The translations under genes were made by a program, and so were the position numbers. Positions 37,549 to 47,097 of a stretch of DNA of 48,000 nt are shown here, one piece after another (the stretch's first letter is position 1; each line of letters opens with the position of its first letter). The stretch covers positions 487 through 48,486 of the forward strand of contig NZ_JBALDF010000071.1 of assembly GCF_036917275.1 (NCBI RefSeq). Direction: 5' to 3'. The notes under the pieces were generated by a model. The model saw nothing but the letters and a program-made list of their open reading frames with translations. It was not told the DNA's origin and did not search any database. Source of the stretch: Nostoc sp. (GTDB lineage: Bacteria > Cyanobacteriota > Cyanobacteriia > Cyanobacteriales > Nostocaceae).

Positions 37549-37584
37549 CACTATGTTTATGTAAAGATATCTAGATAAAACTTA

Positions 37585-38370
37585 ATGAAAACCGAACTAA
37601 TTGTTATTTTATCCCAGCGAGAATTAGACAAAATGCGTCAAGCTGGCCGTTTAGCAGCCAAACTTCTTCGGCATCTTGAACCGTTCGTGAAGCCAGGGGT
37701 TAGTACTCTCGAACTAAATGATGAAGCCGAACGTTGGACGCAAGCGCATGGAGCAAAAAGCGCACCCCTTGGCTATAAAGGTTATCCTAAATCGATTTGC
37801 ACCAGTGTAAATGAGGTAATCTGTCACGGCATTCCCAACGCCAAGCAAATTCTCAAGGATGGTGACATCATTAATATTGATGTGACGCCGATTGTTGAGG
37901 GTTATCATGGCGATACATCCAAGACATTCTTCGTCGGCACTCCTTCCCCAAAAACGAGAAAGCTAGTTGAAGTGACAGAGGAGTGTCTCCGCCTGGGTAT
38001 TGCTGAAGTTAAACCTGAGGGACGCATTGGCGACATTGGTGCAGCTATTCAAGAGTATGCTGAAGGACAAGGCTTTTCTGTGGTGCGAGATTTCGTTGGA
38101 CACGGCATCAGTAACATTTTCCACACTGCGCCGGATATTCCCCACTATGGCACACGAGGTAAGGGCAAGCGCCTCAGACCAGGGATGGTTTTTACTATTG
38201 AGCCAATGATTAACGAAGGCACTTACGAAGTCGAGGTTCTGGGCGATAAATGGACTGCGGTAACGCGCGATCGCAAGCTTTCTGCTCAATGTGAGCATAC
38301 CTTAGCTGTAACTGAAGATGGTGTTGAAATCCTCACCCTACCTGAAGGCGAGAATTACTGGGCTGTATGA
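37585..38370 (+). CDS. map: Type I methionine aminopeptidase
   Basis: 261 aa with 'VCHGIPN', 'DIINIDVT', 'GDTSKTF', 'FVGHGI' and 'FTIEPM'. Confidence 0.95.
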   Translation: MKTELIVILSQRELDKMRQAGRLAAKLLRHLEPFVKPGVSTLELNDEAERWTQAHGAKSAPLGYKGYPKSICTSVNEVICHGIPNAKQILKDGDIINIDVTPIVEGYHGDTSKTFFVGTPSPKTRKLVEVTEECLRLGIAEVKPEGRIGDIGAAIQEYAEGQGFSVVRDFVGHGISNIFHTAPDIPHYGTRGKGKRLRPGMVFTIEPMINEGTYEVEVLGDKWTAVTRDRKLSAQCEHTLAVTEDGVEILTLPEGENYWAV

Positions 38371-38514
38371 CAACATCCTACAAAAAAATCCTTTTGTTTG
38401 AGATGAACTAAAGCCAGTAGTTCTAATTCCTGAAAGACTTATATTTTTTTCGCTCAAGGATGTCGTAAAATCTCTGATTTTTTTCTCAGTACTCTCTGTT
38501 ATGGAGGTAGGATT

Positions 38515-39129
38515 ATGACCCAAGCGTTGCCTAAATTACTCACCTTTAATGAGTTTATTGAGTGGTATCCTAACGATGGAAAACGCTATGAATTGCACAA
38601 AGGAGTAATTATTGAAATGCCGCCTCCAACCGGAACACATGAAAAAGTTATTGCGTTTTTGTCGCGGAAATTAACTGTGGAGTTTGATCGTCTTAATTTA
38701 CCCTACGGAATTCCTAAAACTGCATTGATCCAAACTCCTTCTGCCGAATCCGCTTATTCGCCTGATGTGTTGCTGCTAAATCTTGATAATCTCGACAATG
38801 AACCGCTTTTTCAAAAACAGTCAACAGTAAGCCAAGCAGCATCGGTTCCAATAGTCATCGAAGTTGTTTCAACCAACTGGCGAGATGATTACTACAATAA
38901 ATTTAGAGATTATGAAGAAATGGGAATTCCCGAATATTGGATTGCTGATTATGCTGCATTGGGTGCAAGAAAGTTCATCGGCAATCCCAAACAACCCACT
39001 ATTTTTGTATGCGAATTAGTTGATGGTGAATATCAAATGACATCGTTTCAAAGTAACACCGCGATTTCATCACCTACCTTTCCCCAATTAAATTTGACTG
39101 CACAGCAGATTTTTAATGCGGCTAACTAA
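38515..39129 (+). CDS. Uma2-family (DUF820) putative endonuclease
   Basis: 'YELHKGVIIEMPPPTGTHEKV', 'PDVLLL', 'IVIEVVSTNWRDDYYNKFRDYEEMGIPEYWIADY'. Confidence 0.8.
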   Translation: MTQALPKLLTFNEFIEWYPNDGKRYELHKGVIIEMPPPTGTHEKVIAFLSRKLTVEFDRLNLPYGIPKTALIQTPSAESAYSPDVLLLNLDNLDNEPLFQKQSTVSQAASVPIVIEVVSTNWRDDYYNKFRDYEEMGIPEYWIADYAALGARKFIGNPKQPTIFVCELVDGEYQMTSFQSNTAISSPTFPQLNLTAQQIFNAAN

Positions 39130-39139
39130 TTTTTTATCA

Positions 39140-40492
39140 CTATTTTCCCAACTTATTAGGAATACCTTCACAACCACCGGGAATAGTACCTCTGGTTTTT
39201 TCGCCACCCCAAGTGCAACAGTAGTTACGTGCAGACTCAGACATCCGTTGCACATTCGTGAAATCGGCATTTTCCACCACAGCGCCAGTTTGTTCGCCGG
39301 TTTGATAATCCGGTGGTTCAGTGCGACTGCGGGGTGATGCTTTATCTACTACACCGTAGAATAGGCGAATCCCGTTGATGTCGGCACCATTGAGATTAGC
39401 ATTATATAAAATTGTGCGCGAGAGGTTGGCTTTTACTAAATCACAACCAGCCAGATTAGCGCGGACAAGATTAGCTTCGCTCAGATCAGTCCAACGTAAA
39501 TCAGTACCAGAAAGGTCTGCTGCGGCTAGGGTTACGCCTAAATCGATGACACGCACACCTTCTAGGCGGTCTTCTGCATATCCGCCACTACCGTCGAGAA
39601 TGGCTCGGCCTAATAGCCGATCGCGTTGTAAGGGTGAGAGTAACTTGGAACGTGAGAGAAAGCGGAGAATTTTCGCTTTACCACTGCCATCTACACTACT
39701 TAAAATTGCCGCAGTGCGTCCTTCGGCGATCGCTCTTTCTTGGGGCCAATCTTCTAATAATCCTTCTTGATCTAATACTAAGTCTGAAACGCCTTGAAAA
39801 TAGGAATCAATTGTCTGCTGCTGGGTGATAATATTTTGTTGAACTGTGAGCAGGTTTTGCTGAATTGTCAAGTCTTTGGAAATGACATATTGTCGCCACG
39901 CTACGTAAACGGCGATGACGGCGATCAAAATTTGCCCCAAAGCGCCAAACCAATCTGCTAGAGTTCCAGCAATGTCCCAGTTAATCTGGTGTCCTAAAAC
40001 AAGCAAGCGATCGCCCACACCTGTAAACTCGATCAAGCCGACAATAGCTACTAGTAATCCTAAAAATGCCACAAACAGCGTGCGTTCTTGGGGTGAAAAC
40101 CACTTGTCTAAAACTTCTTGCAACCAAGGTAATAATATCGCTAGGGATAAGAGCAAAGTTATCAGCGTTCCGATAATGCCGATAATCCAGTTATTGAGGA
40201 TAACTCCAGTGAAGGTAATGGCGATCGCGATTAAAGTAATTAACAATGCTCTCGGCTTAACTATAAATTCCTTAGTAATAGGTTGGTTGAGATCGGAACG
40301 GACTTGTTGGAGAGCAGTTGTATATTGCGGAGATTTCAAAGATGCGATCGCCGCTAGAGCTTGTTGTGTAGCTAGTACTTCTGAACTGAGGTTTTTCTCA
40401 GTTGCACTCCCGTCAAAGTCATCCGGTTGCAAGTCATTTTCGGGTGCTGGTTCTGGGGTTGGTAGATTAGAGGAATTGGATTCAATTGTCAT
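39140..40492 (-). CDS. Membrane-anchored pentapeptide-repeat protein
   Basis: Several TM helices lie in the N-terminal half. The C-terminal part has 'ADLSGTDLRWTDLSEANLVRANLAGCDLVKANLSRTILYNANLNGADING'. Confidence 0.85.
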   Translation of the reverse strand: MTIESNSSNLPTPEPAPENDLQPDDFDGSATEKNLSSEVLATQQALAAIASLKSPQYTTALQQVRSDLNQPITKEFIVKPRALLITLIAIAITFTGVILNNWIIGIIGTLITLLLSLAILLPWLQEVLDKWFSPQERTLFVAFLGLLVAIVGLIEFTGVGDRLLVLGHQINWDIAGTLADWFGALGQILIAVIAVYVAWRQYVISKDLTIQQNLLTVQQNIITQQQTIDSYFQGVSDLVLDQEGLLEDWPQERAIAEGRTAAILSSVDGSGKAKILRFLSRSKLLSPLQRDRLLGRAILDGSGGYAEDRLEGVRVIDLGVTLAAADLSGTDLRWTDLSEANLVRANLAGCDLVKANLSRTILYNANLNGADINGIRLFYGVVDKASPRSRTEPPDYQTGEQTGAVVENADFTNVQRMSESARNYCCTWGGEKTRGTIPGGCEGIPNKLGK

Positions 40493-40597
40493 GTTTTCTA
40501 TTTTGCCCCAGCAGATTCAGTTCAACATCTGTTTTATCAGAAATTGCACTAAACCAAAGACTTGTATTCCATAAAACTGAGAAGCGCTACATATAGT

Positions 40598-40798
40598 AAT
40601 ACGCTTGGGTTAAGGCTAAAACTCTGTTATCCAAGTCAATGTTTTTAACGAACCGCCAAGGCGCAGAGGACGCAGAGAGAAGAAAGAAATGCTTATAGGA
40701 CTTACGCACACTCTACGAATTCTTGGCGTTCTTGGCGGTTCGACAAATTAAGCTTTCGGGCGATTTTTGCGTAAGTCCTAGCTTAACCCAAGCGTATT
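40598..40798. mobile_element. Nested repeat: the 35-bp palindrome (compare 1890-1924) split by ~165 bp that includes an inverted copy of the GGACTTACGCA MITE (40698-40778)
   Basis: The left arm AATACGCTTGGGTTAAGG is at 40598-40615 and the right arm CTTAACCCAAGCGTATT at 40782-40798. The MITE TIRs are GGACTTACGCA and TGCGTAAGTCC. Confidence 0.75.
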
Positions 40799-40862
40799 GC
40801 TACATATGGCAGTTTCAGTCAGGGTTTAAATCCCCTTATGTAATGTCTTTAATTTTGAATTG

Positions 40863-42227
40863 TTAAGTTTGGTCTACCGTTTGAATTGTCAGCATTTGAG
40901 GGGGGGCAGCATCAGGTGGGTAGAGAAAATCCACTTCTACCATTCGCCGCTGGCCAGGAGATATTTTTAATTGAGCAAGCGGTTCTCCCATCTGTCCCTC
41001 TTGTTGAACTAAATGCCAGTATTGGGTTCTGGGTAAGCCATTATCGTCATTGTAGCGAACACGAACTGTACCTCGAAAAAAGACAGATGGTTGGGGTGGT
41101 GAAGAAAAGCGAAGCCCTGGTTTACTTAACTGATCTTCTTTGATAGGTGTTTGGAAAAGCACATTTATAGTTTGCGGCTTATCCGTATTGTTGATTAATG
41201 GTAGAGAGATGTTGTATTCAATGCCGTAGTTGCCATGAGCTTCGTAAGCAGTACCAGGATAACGCGCCACTAGTTTAGCAGTTTGGTTTTGTCCAGTACC
41301 CATTTTGCCTGCCAAAAGGGTACTTAAACCGTAGGAAAAAGCTTGTCCCGATTCAGGAATTGTCAGGTATGAACTATTCGAGTCGGTAACTTGTGCTTGC
41401 CAACGAGAGCCAATAGCTACCCCCGCTACCCGTCCGTAAATTTCTGTTGCCCCTGCAAGATGATTTGGAGGACTGGGGGCAGGTTCGCGGGGCCCTGCAA
41501 AATCACCATTTTCTAACAAGTTCTCCCATTCTTCTAAAGTGGGCGCTCGTTCGCTACCATCGGGATTGGGTTTGGCAAACATGGCCAAGTTCGCCAGATA
41601 AACTGGACTATCACTATATAAATGCAACAAAGTAGAACGTCCATTCAATGGCGGGGTTAAAGTCCGCACTGGAATTGGATGATTCATTAACATCCGGCTT
41701 TGTTTTGGTGGAATTACCAACTGCGCTGGCCATCCTGACTGCCGTCTGACTCGCAGCAGATCATTCATGGCGCGATCGCCTGGCCCTGCATAAATGTTTC
41801 CCGAATTATTTGACTGCATAGCGGGAAGTTTGATAAAAGGTGCATCAGGTTGACTAAGATAACTAGCTGCTTGCAATATATTGACAGTTGCAGGGCGATC
41901 GCTGGGATTGTAAACAATTACCCCCAAATAAAGAGTCCGCAAATCATTTGGAGTCTCAATCGCTCTAGCAATATGGTGAGAAAATAAATCAAATCGTCCC
42001 TGAAATGGAAAGTTCAGGTGGGCGCTGGGCACTTTTTTGCCTTGAGGAGGAAATGTAGACAGCAGAATTCCTTCACTCTTAACTACTTCTGGGTTATTAC
42101 TGTTAAATACTGGTACTTCGTCAAGATGTCCTGTTAAAGGTCTTGTTTGTTGGGGAACGAAGATTTCCTGCGGTGGAGGAGAAGGCAATGCTTGAGCCAA
42201 AAACAAATAGGAAATAAGATTAAGCAT
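40863..42227 (-). CDS. Conserved hypothetical protein, probably exported (DUF3370-like, tentative)
   Basis: 454-aa clean ORF with a hydrophobic N-terminus 'MLNLISYLFLAQALP'. The family name is from memory only. Confidence 0.6.
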   Translation of the reverse strand: MLNLISYLFLAQALPSPPPQEIFVPQQTRPLTGHLDEVPVFNSNNPEVVKSEGILLSTFPPQGKKVPSAHLNFPFQGRFDLFSHHIARAIETPNDLRTLYLGVIVYNPSDRPATVNILQAASYLSQPDAPFIKLPAMQSNNSGNIYAGPGDRAMNDLLRVRRQSGWPAQLVIPPKQSRMLMNHPIPVRTLTPPLNGRSTLLHLYSDSPVYLANLAMFAKPNPDGSERAPTLEEWENLLENGDFAGPREPAPSPPNHLAGATEIYGRVAGVAIGSRWQAQVTDSNSSYLTIPESGQAFSYGLSTLLAGKMGTGQNQTAKLVARYPGTAYEAHGNYGIEYNISLPLINNTDKPQTINVLFQTPIKEDQLSKPGLRFSSPPQPSVFFRGTVRVRYNDDNGLPRTQYWHLVQQEGQMGEPLAQLKISPGQRRMVEVDFLYPPDAAPPQMLTIQTVDQT

Positions 42228-42420
42228 TTATTCAAAAAGCAATTTATCGCTGAAGTTAAGAATACAGCATTCCTAATCTATACCTCCTGCAATCCGTGAC
42301 AAGTTAGAGGATGTTTGCCAAAACCCTTACTAACTGTTTGTAAAATATAGTTGCAAGTAACAGGCACCAAAGTGACTAACAGATGTAAGATAAGCGTCCC
42401 TGCTAATTTTTACAACAAAA

Positions 42421-44433
42421 ATGAAAAGGTTCAGAGAACTCGCATTAGCTTGTGGTGCGATCGCTGCTTTGATCAGTACGAGTCTCAAAGTTCAGGCAAC
42501 GTCCAAGCGGCTGATTAACCTAGACGATCTGTCTGCTCTCCACCAAGTCAGCGAACCGCAAATTTCTAGCGATGGAGCCTGGATAGCCTATACGGTCAAG
42601 AGTACCGATATCAATAATGATTCTGTCAACAACCATATTTATATGACTTCGTGGGATGGCTCCCGCACCCTAAAATTAACTAACAGCAAAGATAGCGAAA
42701 GTTCTCCTCGTTTCAGTCCCGATGGAAAGTATCTGACCTTTCTCTCCAGTCGTCAGTCCGGCAGTGAAGGCAATCAAATTTGGCTGCTGAATCTTGCCGG
42801 TGGAGAAGCAGAAAAGATTTCAGATTTTCCAGGAGGCGTTTCTGATTTCGTTTGGTCGCCCGATGGCAAACAACTGGCTGTAATCGCCGACGATCCACCC
42901 CAAAAAACTTATAACGAACAAAAGACGGCACAGCCAATTGTCATTGATCGGTTTCAATTTCAGGAAGACGGTGTTGGATATCTCGGAAAAAGTCGTGAAC
43001 ACCTCTACGTGTTTGACTTAGCAACCCATAAAGCAGATATTCTAACGCCAGGTGAGTTTAATGAGTATTTGCCCAGCTGGTCTCCAGATGGAAAGGAGAT
43101 TGCTTTTGTCAGCAAGCGCGGTGCTGATTTTGATCGGCATAACAATTGGGATGTCTACACAATCAACGCCCAACCAGGAGCAAAAGTACATCAAATAACT
43201 ACCAATGAAGTCCCCGATTGCGATCCCTCCTGGGGTAGCCGACCTGTTTGGAGTCCAGATGGGAAGTTAATAGCCTATCTGCAAGGAGGCCCTCAAAAGC
43301 TAATTGAGTACGCTGTTTACCATCTTGCCGTTATTCCATCGGAAGGAGGTAGTCCACGCCTGTTAACAGCAAAACTTGATCGCAATGTTGTTAAGCCACG
43401 CTTTACATCTGATGGCAAATCAATTCTGTTTTTGCTGGAAGACGATGGCAATGTTCACTTAGCAAAAGTACCAGTAACAGGCGGTAAAATAGAGCGATTG
43501 CTAGCTGGACGCAGAAATATCAGCGCTTTTGACTTAGGGGGTGACGACAAGATTGCCTTGTTATCCTCAATACCGCAGCAGCCAAGTGAGGTTTTTGCCC
43601 TCAAAGGCACTGAACTGCGTTCAATATCGCACCAAAACCAGGAATTGCTTGTCCAACTTCTATTAGGAACGACGGAAGAAATTAGTTTCAAGAGTAAAGA
43701 TGGCACCAAAATCCACGGTTTTTTAGTCAAACCACCAAATTTTCAACCAGGAAAGAAATACCCAACACTCCTTCAACTTCATGGTGGCCCAGTCGGGCAG
43801 TACACAAACCAGTTTATGTTTAACTGGCAACTGTTTGCTGCAAAAGGTTATGTTGTCGTTGCAGTTAATCCACGGGGTAGTTCGGGACGGGGTGAAGCGT
43901 TCTCGAAGGCTATTTACGCTGACTGGGGAAATAAAGATGTTCAAGATGTCCTTGCTGCTGTTGACTACGTTGAAGCACAAGGAATAGCCGATCCATCTCG
44001 GTTGGGAATAGGTGGATGGAGCTACGGTGGTATGTTAACAAACTATACTATCGCCCAAGATACCCGTTTCAAAGCTGCGGTAAGTGGAGCTAGCATTTCC
44101 AATATTTTGGCAGGATACGGTACTGACGAGTATGTTTATGACTACGAACAGGAACTGGGCGTGCCGTGGAAAAACCTCAAGACTTGGCTACGAGTTTCTT
44201 TTCCCTTCCTGCACGCCGACCGAATTGTGACACCAACACTATTTCTGGGTGGCGATCGCGATGCTGAGGTTCCGTTGCATAACTCTGAGCAGATGTATGA
44301 AGCACTCAAAAGTTTAGGGGTTGATACTCAATTGATTATTTATCCTGAGCAATCCCACGATATTAGCAAGCCAACTTACCAGCGCGATCGCCTACAACGC
44401 TATCTTAATTGGTATAGCAAGCATGGATTGTGA
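42421..44433 (+). CDS. S9-family serine peptidase (prolyl oligopeptidase/acylaminoacyl peptidase type) with an N-terminal beta-propeller
   Basis: It has a signal peptide and repeated 'SPDGK' TolB-like propeller blades. The catalytic serine is in 'GIGGWSYGGML', with a C-terminal Asp (GGDRDAEVP) and His (EQSHDI). Confidence 0.9.
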   Translation: MKRFRELALACGAIAALISTSLKVQATSKRLINLDDLSALHQVSEPQISSDGAWIAYTVKSTDINNDSVNNHIYMTSWDGSRTLKLTNSKDSESSPRFSPDGKYLTFLSSRQSGSEGNQIWLLNLAGGEAEKISDFPGGVSDFVWSPDGKQLAVIADDPPQKTYNEQKTAQPIVIDRFQFQEDGVGYLGKSREHLYVFDLATHKADILTPGEFNEYLPSWSPDGKEIAFVSKRGADFDRHNNWDVYTINAQPGAKVHQITTNEVPDCDPSWGSRPVWSPDGKLIAYLQGGPQKLIEYAVYHLAVIPSEGGSPRLLTAKLDRNVVKPRFTSDGKSILFLLEDDGNVHLAKVPVTGGKIERLLAGRRNISAFDLGGDDKIALLSSIPQQPSEVFALKGTELRSISHQNQELLVQLLLGTTEEISFKSKDGTKIHGFLVKPPNFQPGKKYPTLLQLHGGPVGQYTNQFMFNWQLFAAKGYVVVAVNPRGSSGRGEAFSKAIYADWGNKDVQDVLAAVDYVEAQGIADPSRLGIGGWSYGGMLTNYTIAQDTRFKAAVSGASISNILAGYGTDEYVYDYEQELGVPWKNLKTWLRVSFPFLHADRIVTPTLFLGGDRDAEVPLHNSEQMYEALKSLGVDTQLIIYPEQSHDISKPTYQRDRLQRYLNWYSKHGL

Positions 44434-44503
44434 GTATAAATAAATACTTTTGACGAACTTCACAAATTACCAAGTGGTATGTCTCATTAAATATGATGAG
44501 TTT

Positions 44504-44552
44504 GTAGTAAGCACTTCAGTGCTTAAAAATCTAGGACTAAAGTCCTTACTAC
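44504..44552. repeat. Compound hairpin repeat between convergent genes (possible bidirectional terminator)
   Basis: The outer stem is GTAGTAAG/CTTACTAC. It encloses AAGCAC-TTCA-GTGCTT and AGGACT-AA-AGTCCT hairpins. No clear T-run is present. Confidence 0.5.
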
Positions 44553-44636
44553 GAACTTGTTTACCCATCAATTTCAACTTGACATTCTTTCCAATCAGCA
44601 AAATCGGGTAATTTATTTGTTGGAAGTCCCACTTAA

Positions 44637-45857
44637 TTAAGGTGCAAGGGCATTACCCCGAATTAGACTACCAATTGTTTTAGCAGTAATTTTCAGTTGG
44701 GTGATCGGATTAGCTGGGACAACCGTCTTATACAAATAGCTATCGAATGTTAGCCGTTGTACATCGAGGTCATCGCACATTTCCACAAACGCCTCGCGGG
44801 TGGCGTTGGAACGATAAAACACAGTTTGCAGAATGTCCAACACTTTGTAAGTGAGTCCGTATCTTTTATCCCAACGCTTCAGGTAAACCTTGAGGTCGCC
44901 TTCTGTAGGAATACGACTACCACTATTAGATGTTTCTACAATAGTTTCGGCACACATCCGCCCAGATTTAGCGGCAAAATAAATACCTTCACCAGAAGAC
45001 TTGGTAACGTAACCAGCAGCATCTCCCACCAAAGCGATGCGACCAACAACACGGCGGGGACGGGGATGTTCGGGAATGGGGTGGGCTTCTACTTTGATGA
45101 TTTTACCGCCTGCCAATTTCTCGGAAGCACGGGCGCGGATACCTGCTTGTAACTGTTTGATGCTGGCTTTATTAACCTGCATTGTGCCAGTACCGACAGC
45201 TACGTGGTCATGTTTGGGGAAAACCCAAGCGTAGAAATCGGTAGAAACGTCATCACCGACATACATTTCGGCGAGGTCGTTGTAGTAGGCCATTTTGTCT
45301 TCGGGTAAGCGAATTCGCTCTTGGAAAGCGATCGCATAATTGTAATCCCCAGCGTCCATCTCTTTAGCAACGCGAGAATTAGCCCCATCGGCCCCAATGA
45401 TTACATCCACCTTCAGAGTTTTGGCAATACCCTGTGATATCCCTTCTGTATGGTCAATGTAATGAATGGTATAGGGGTCGGTATTGTTTCCTGGTATATC
45501 AAGTTTATGAACAGTGGCATTAATTAAATTTGCGCCGACTTTTGCCGCGCGATCGCGCAAAAAGCCATCTAACACTTCCCGGCGGCACATTCCTATATAT
45601 TCATCTTCATTTATCAGATTGATATCGACTTCACGATTGGAAGGCGAAATCATTTTCATCTTCCGTACCCGGCGATCGATAATCTCCGGTGGTAAGTCAA
45701 ATTCACTCACCATACATAGGGGAATTGCGCCCCCACAAGGCTTCGCATTGTCTAGCTTCCGCTCAAACAGGTAGGTTTCAATCCCAGAGGCTGCCAGTGT
45801 TTCTGCGGCAGATGAACCAGCAGGGCCTGACCCAATAACAGCAACCCGTAGTGTCAA
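44637..45857 (-). CDS. chlP: Geranylgeranyl reductase (chlorophyll/tocopherol side-chain reduction)
   Basis: 'LRVAVIGSGPAGSSAAETLAASGIETYLFERKLDNAKPCGGAIPLCMV' ... 'GNALAP'. The TTG at 45857 (GGAGAA 5 nt upstream) is preferred; the ORF track uses the TTG at 45872. Confidence 0.93.
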   Translation of the reverse strand: MTLRVAVIGSGPAGSSAAETLAASGIETYLFERKLDNAKPCGGAIPLCMVSEFDLPPEIIDRRVRKMKMISPSNREVDINLINEDEYIGMCRREVLDGFLRDRAAKVGANLINATVHKLDIPGNNTDPYTIHYIDHTEGISQGIAKTLKVDVIIGADGANSRVAKEMDAGDYNYAIAFQERIRLPEDKMAYYNDLAEMYVGDDVSTDFYAWVFPKHDHVAVGTGTMQVNKASIKQLQAGIRARASEKLAGGKIIKVEAHPIPEHPRPRRVVGRIALVGDAAGYVTKSSGEGIYFAAKSGRMCAETIVETSNSGSRIPTEGDLKVYLKRWDKRYGLTYKVLDILQTVFYRSNATREAFVEMCDDLDVQRLTFDSYLYKTVVPANPITQLKITAKTIGSLIRGNALAP

Positions 45858-45994
45858 AGGTCTTTCTCCCAATCTTCACATTTACCGAGAGCATACTACC
45901 ACGGTCTTTTGGCTGATTTGGCGCTTTACCTCCAGGTTTCGACTGAAATGCAATATTCCTTAATGTTTCGATACGAAAAGCGAGATGGCGGATG

Positions 45995-46430
45995 GATCGC
46001 ATTTACTAGTGGGAATCATAACAATTCATTTAGCTTGAAGCGTAAGTTTTACCCCACCCTAACCCTCCCCAATATATCGGGGAGGGAACTAGATTTTCTT
46101 TTTTCCCCCCTTTATAAGGGGGGACTAAGGGGGGTAATTCGACTTGGTACAACCAGAGAGGTTAATTTCCTTACTCTCCATGCCCAAATTTGTGCGATCG
46201 CATTTACTAGTGGGAATCATAACAATTCATTTAGCTTGAAGCGTAAGTTTTACCCCACCCTAACCCTCCCCGATATATTGGGGAGGGAACTAGATTTTCT
46301 TTTTTCCCCCCTTTATAAGGGGGGACTTAGGGGGGTAATTCGACTTGTGTGTACAACCAGAGAGGTTAATTTCCTTACTCCCCATGCCCAAATTTGTGCG
46401 ATCGCATTTATTCAGTGGGAATCATAACAA
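45995..46430. repeat. Tandem duplication of a 201/204-bp composite unit (2 full copies plus a ~31-bp third start), each unit embedding a G/C-hairpin MITE-like core
   Basis: GATCGCATTTACTAGTGGGAATCATAACAA begins at 45995 and 46196, and in degenerate form at 46400. The core CCCCCCTTTATAAGGGGGGACT(A/T)AGGGGGGTAATTCGACTT is related to 7690-7730. Confidence 0.85.
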
Positions 46431-46455
46431 ATAGATTCACCACAGTAAATATCCA

Positions 46456-46932
46456 ATGGCTTACCAAAACATTACAGGCTCCCTTTCCCCAGCAGATATC
46501 CAAGAAATTAAAGCAGCCTTTGCGACTATCCAAGCAAAGATGCCTTTTCTCGTGACTCTGAGTGTAGAAGAACGACGCAAGTTATTTAAGATGGGCGATA
46601 AAAGCCTAGCTTTTGTCAACACTAGCCTGACTGCTGCCCAATCTAACCGAGAAATTCTCCCAGCCAGCTTTGATGTAAATGATTTTGTGCGGGATTATCA
46701 ATTAGCAATCACACTTACTGAGCTTTTGATTGGATTGCGACAATTGACAGAACAAGTAGATGATACCTTAATGGCAGTCGGCAGCGAAGCAATGGGCAGC
46801 AGTTTGACAGTTTATGATTACGTCAAGACTGCTGCAAAGAAAACTCCAGGGTTAAAAACGATTGCCGAACAGTTAGGGGAACGGTTTAAAGCTATTAAAA
46901 GTAAACCTGCTAAAACTAACTCTGATTTATAG
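46456..46932 (+). CDS. Hypothetical protein
   Basis: 158-aa ORF with ordinary composition and no recognised motif. Confidence 0.55.
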   Translation: MAYQNITGSLSPADIQEIKAAFATIQAKMPFLVTLSVEERRKLFKMGDKSLAFVNTSLTAAQSNREILPASFDVNDFVRDYQLAITLTELLIGLRQLTEQVDDTLMAVGSEAMGSSLTVYDYVKTAAKKTPGLKTIAEQLGERFKAIKSKPAKTNSDL

Positions 46933-46988
46933 GCAAATATTGCTATTCGGTTTATAGCCGTTCTCGCTTGCGTCAAATACAACCATTC

Positions 46989-47017
46989 GTAGGGGCACAG
47001 CAATGCTGTGCCCCTAC
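46989..47017. repeat. Dispersed hairpin repeat GTAGGGGCACAGCAATGCTGTGCCCCTAC, copy 3 of 3
   Basis: Identical to the copy at 15057-15085, and 57 nt downstream of the preceding stop codon. Confidence 0.8.
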
Positions 47018-47097
47018 CGCGTATCTAGTGTACTGCATTCAAACAATAAGTGCTGTAGTCTCTGAACTCCGTGAATGAGTAGTTAAACCTCATTAAT

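Noticed and set aside
39375-40574. 131-aa and 219-aa plus-strand ORFs
   Set aside because: They are antisense to the well-supported pentapeptide-repeat/TM gene (39140-40492) and have low-complexity Ser/Arg/Ala-rich products.
45909-46427. 172-aa ORF on the plus strand
   Set aside because: It is read entirely through the 201-bp tandem repeat and its MITE-like cores (the repeated 'FTSGNHNNSFSLKRKFYPTLTLP…PLYKGGLRGVIRL'). It is an internally duplicated translation of repeat DNA, not a gene.
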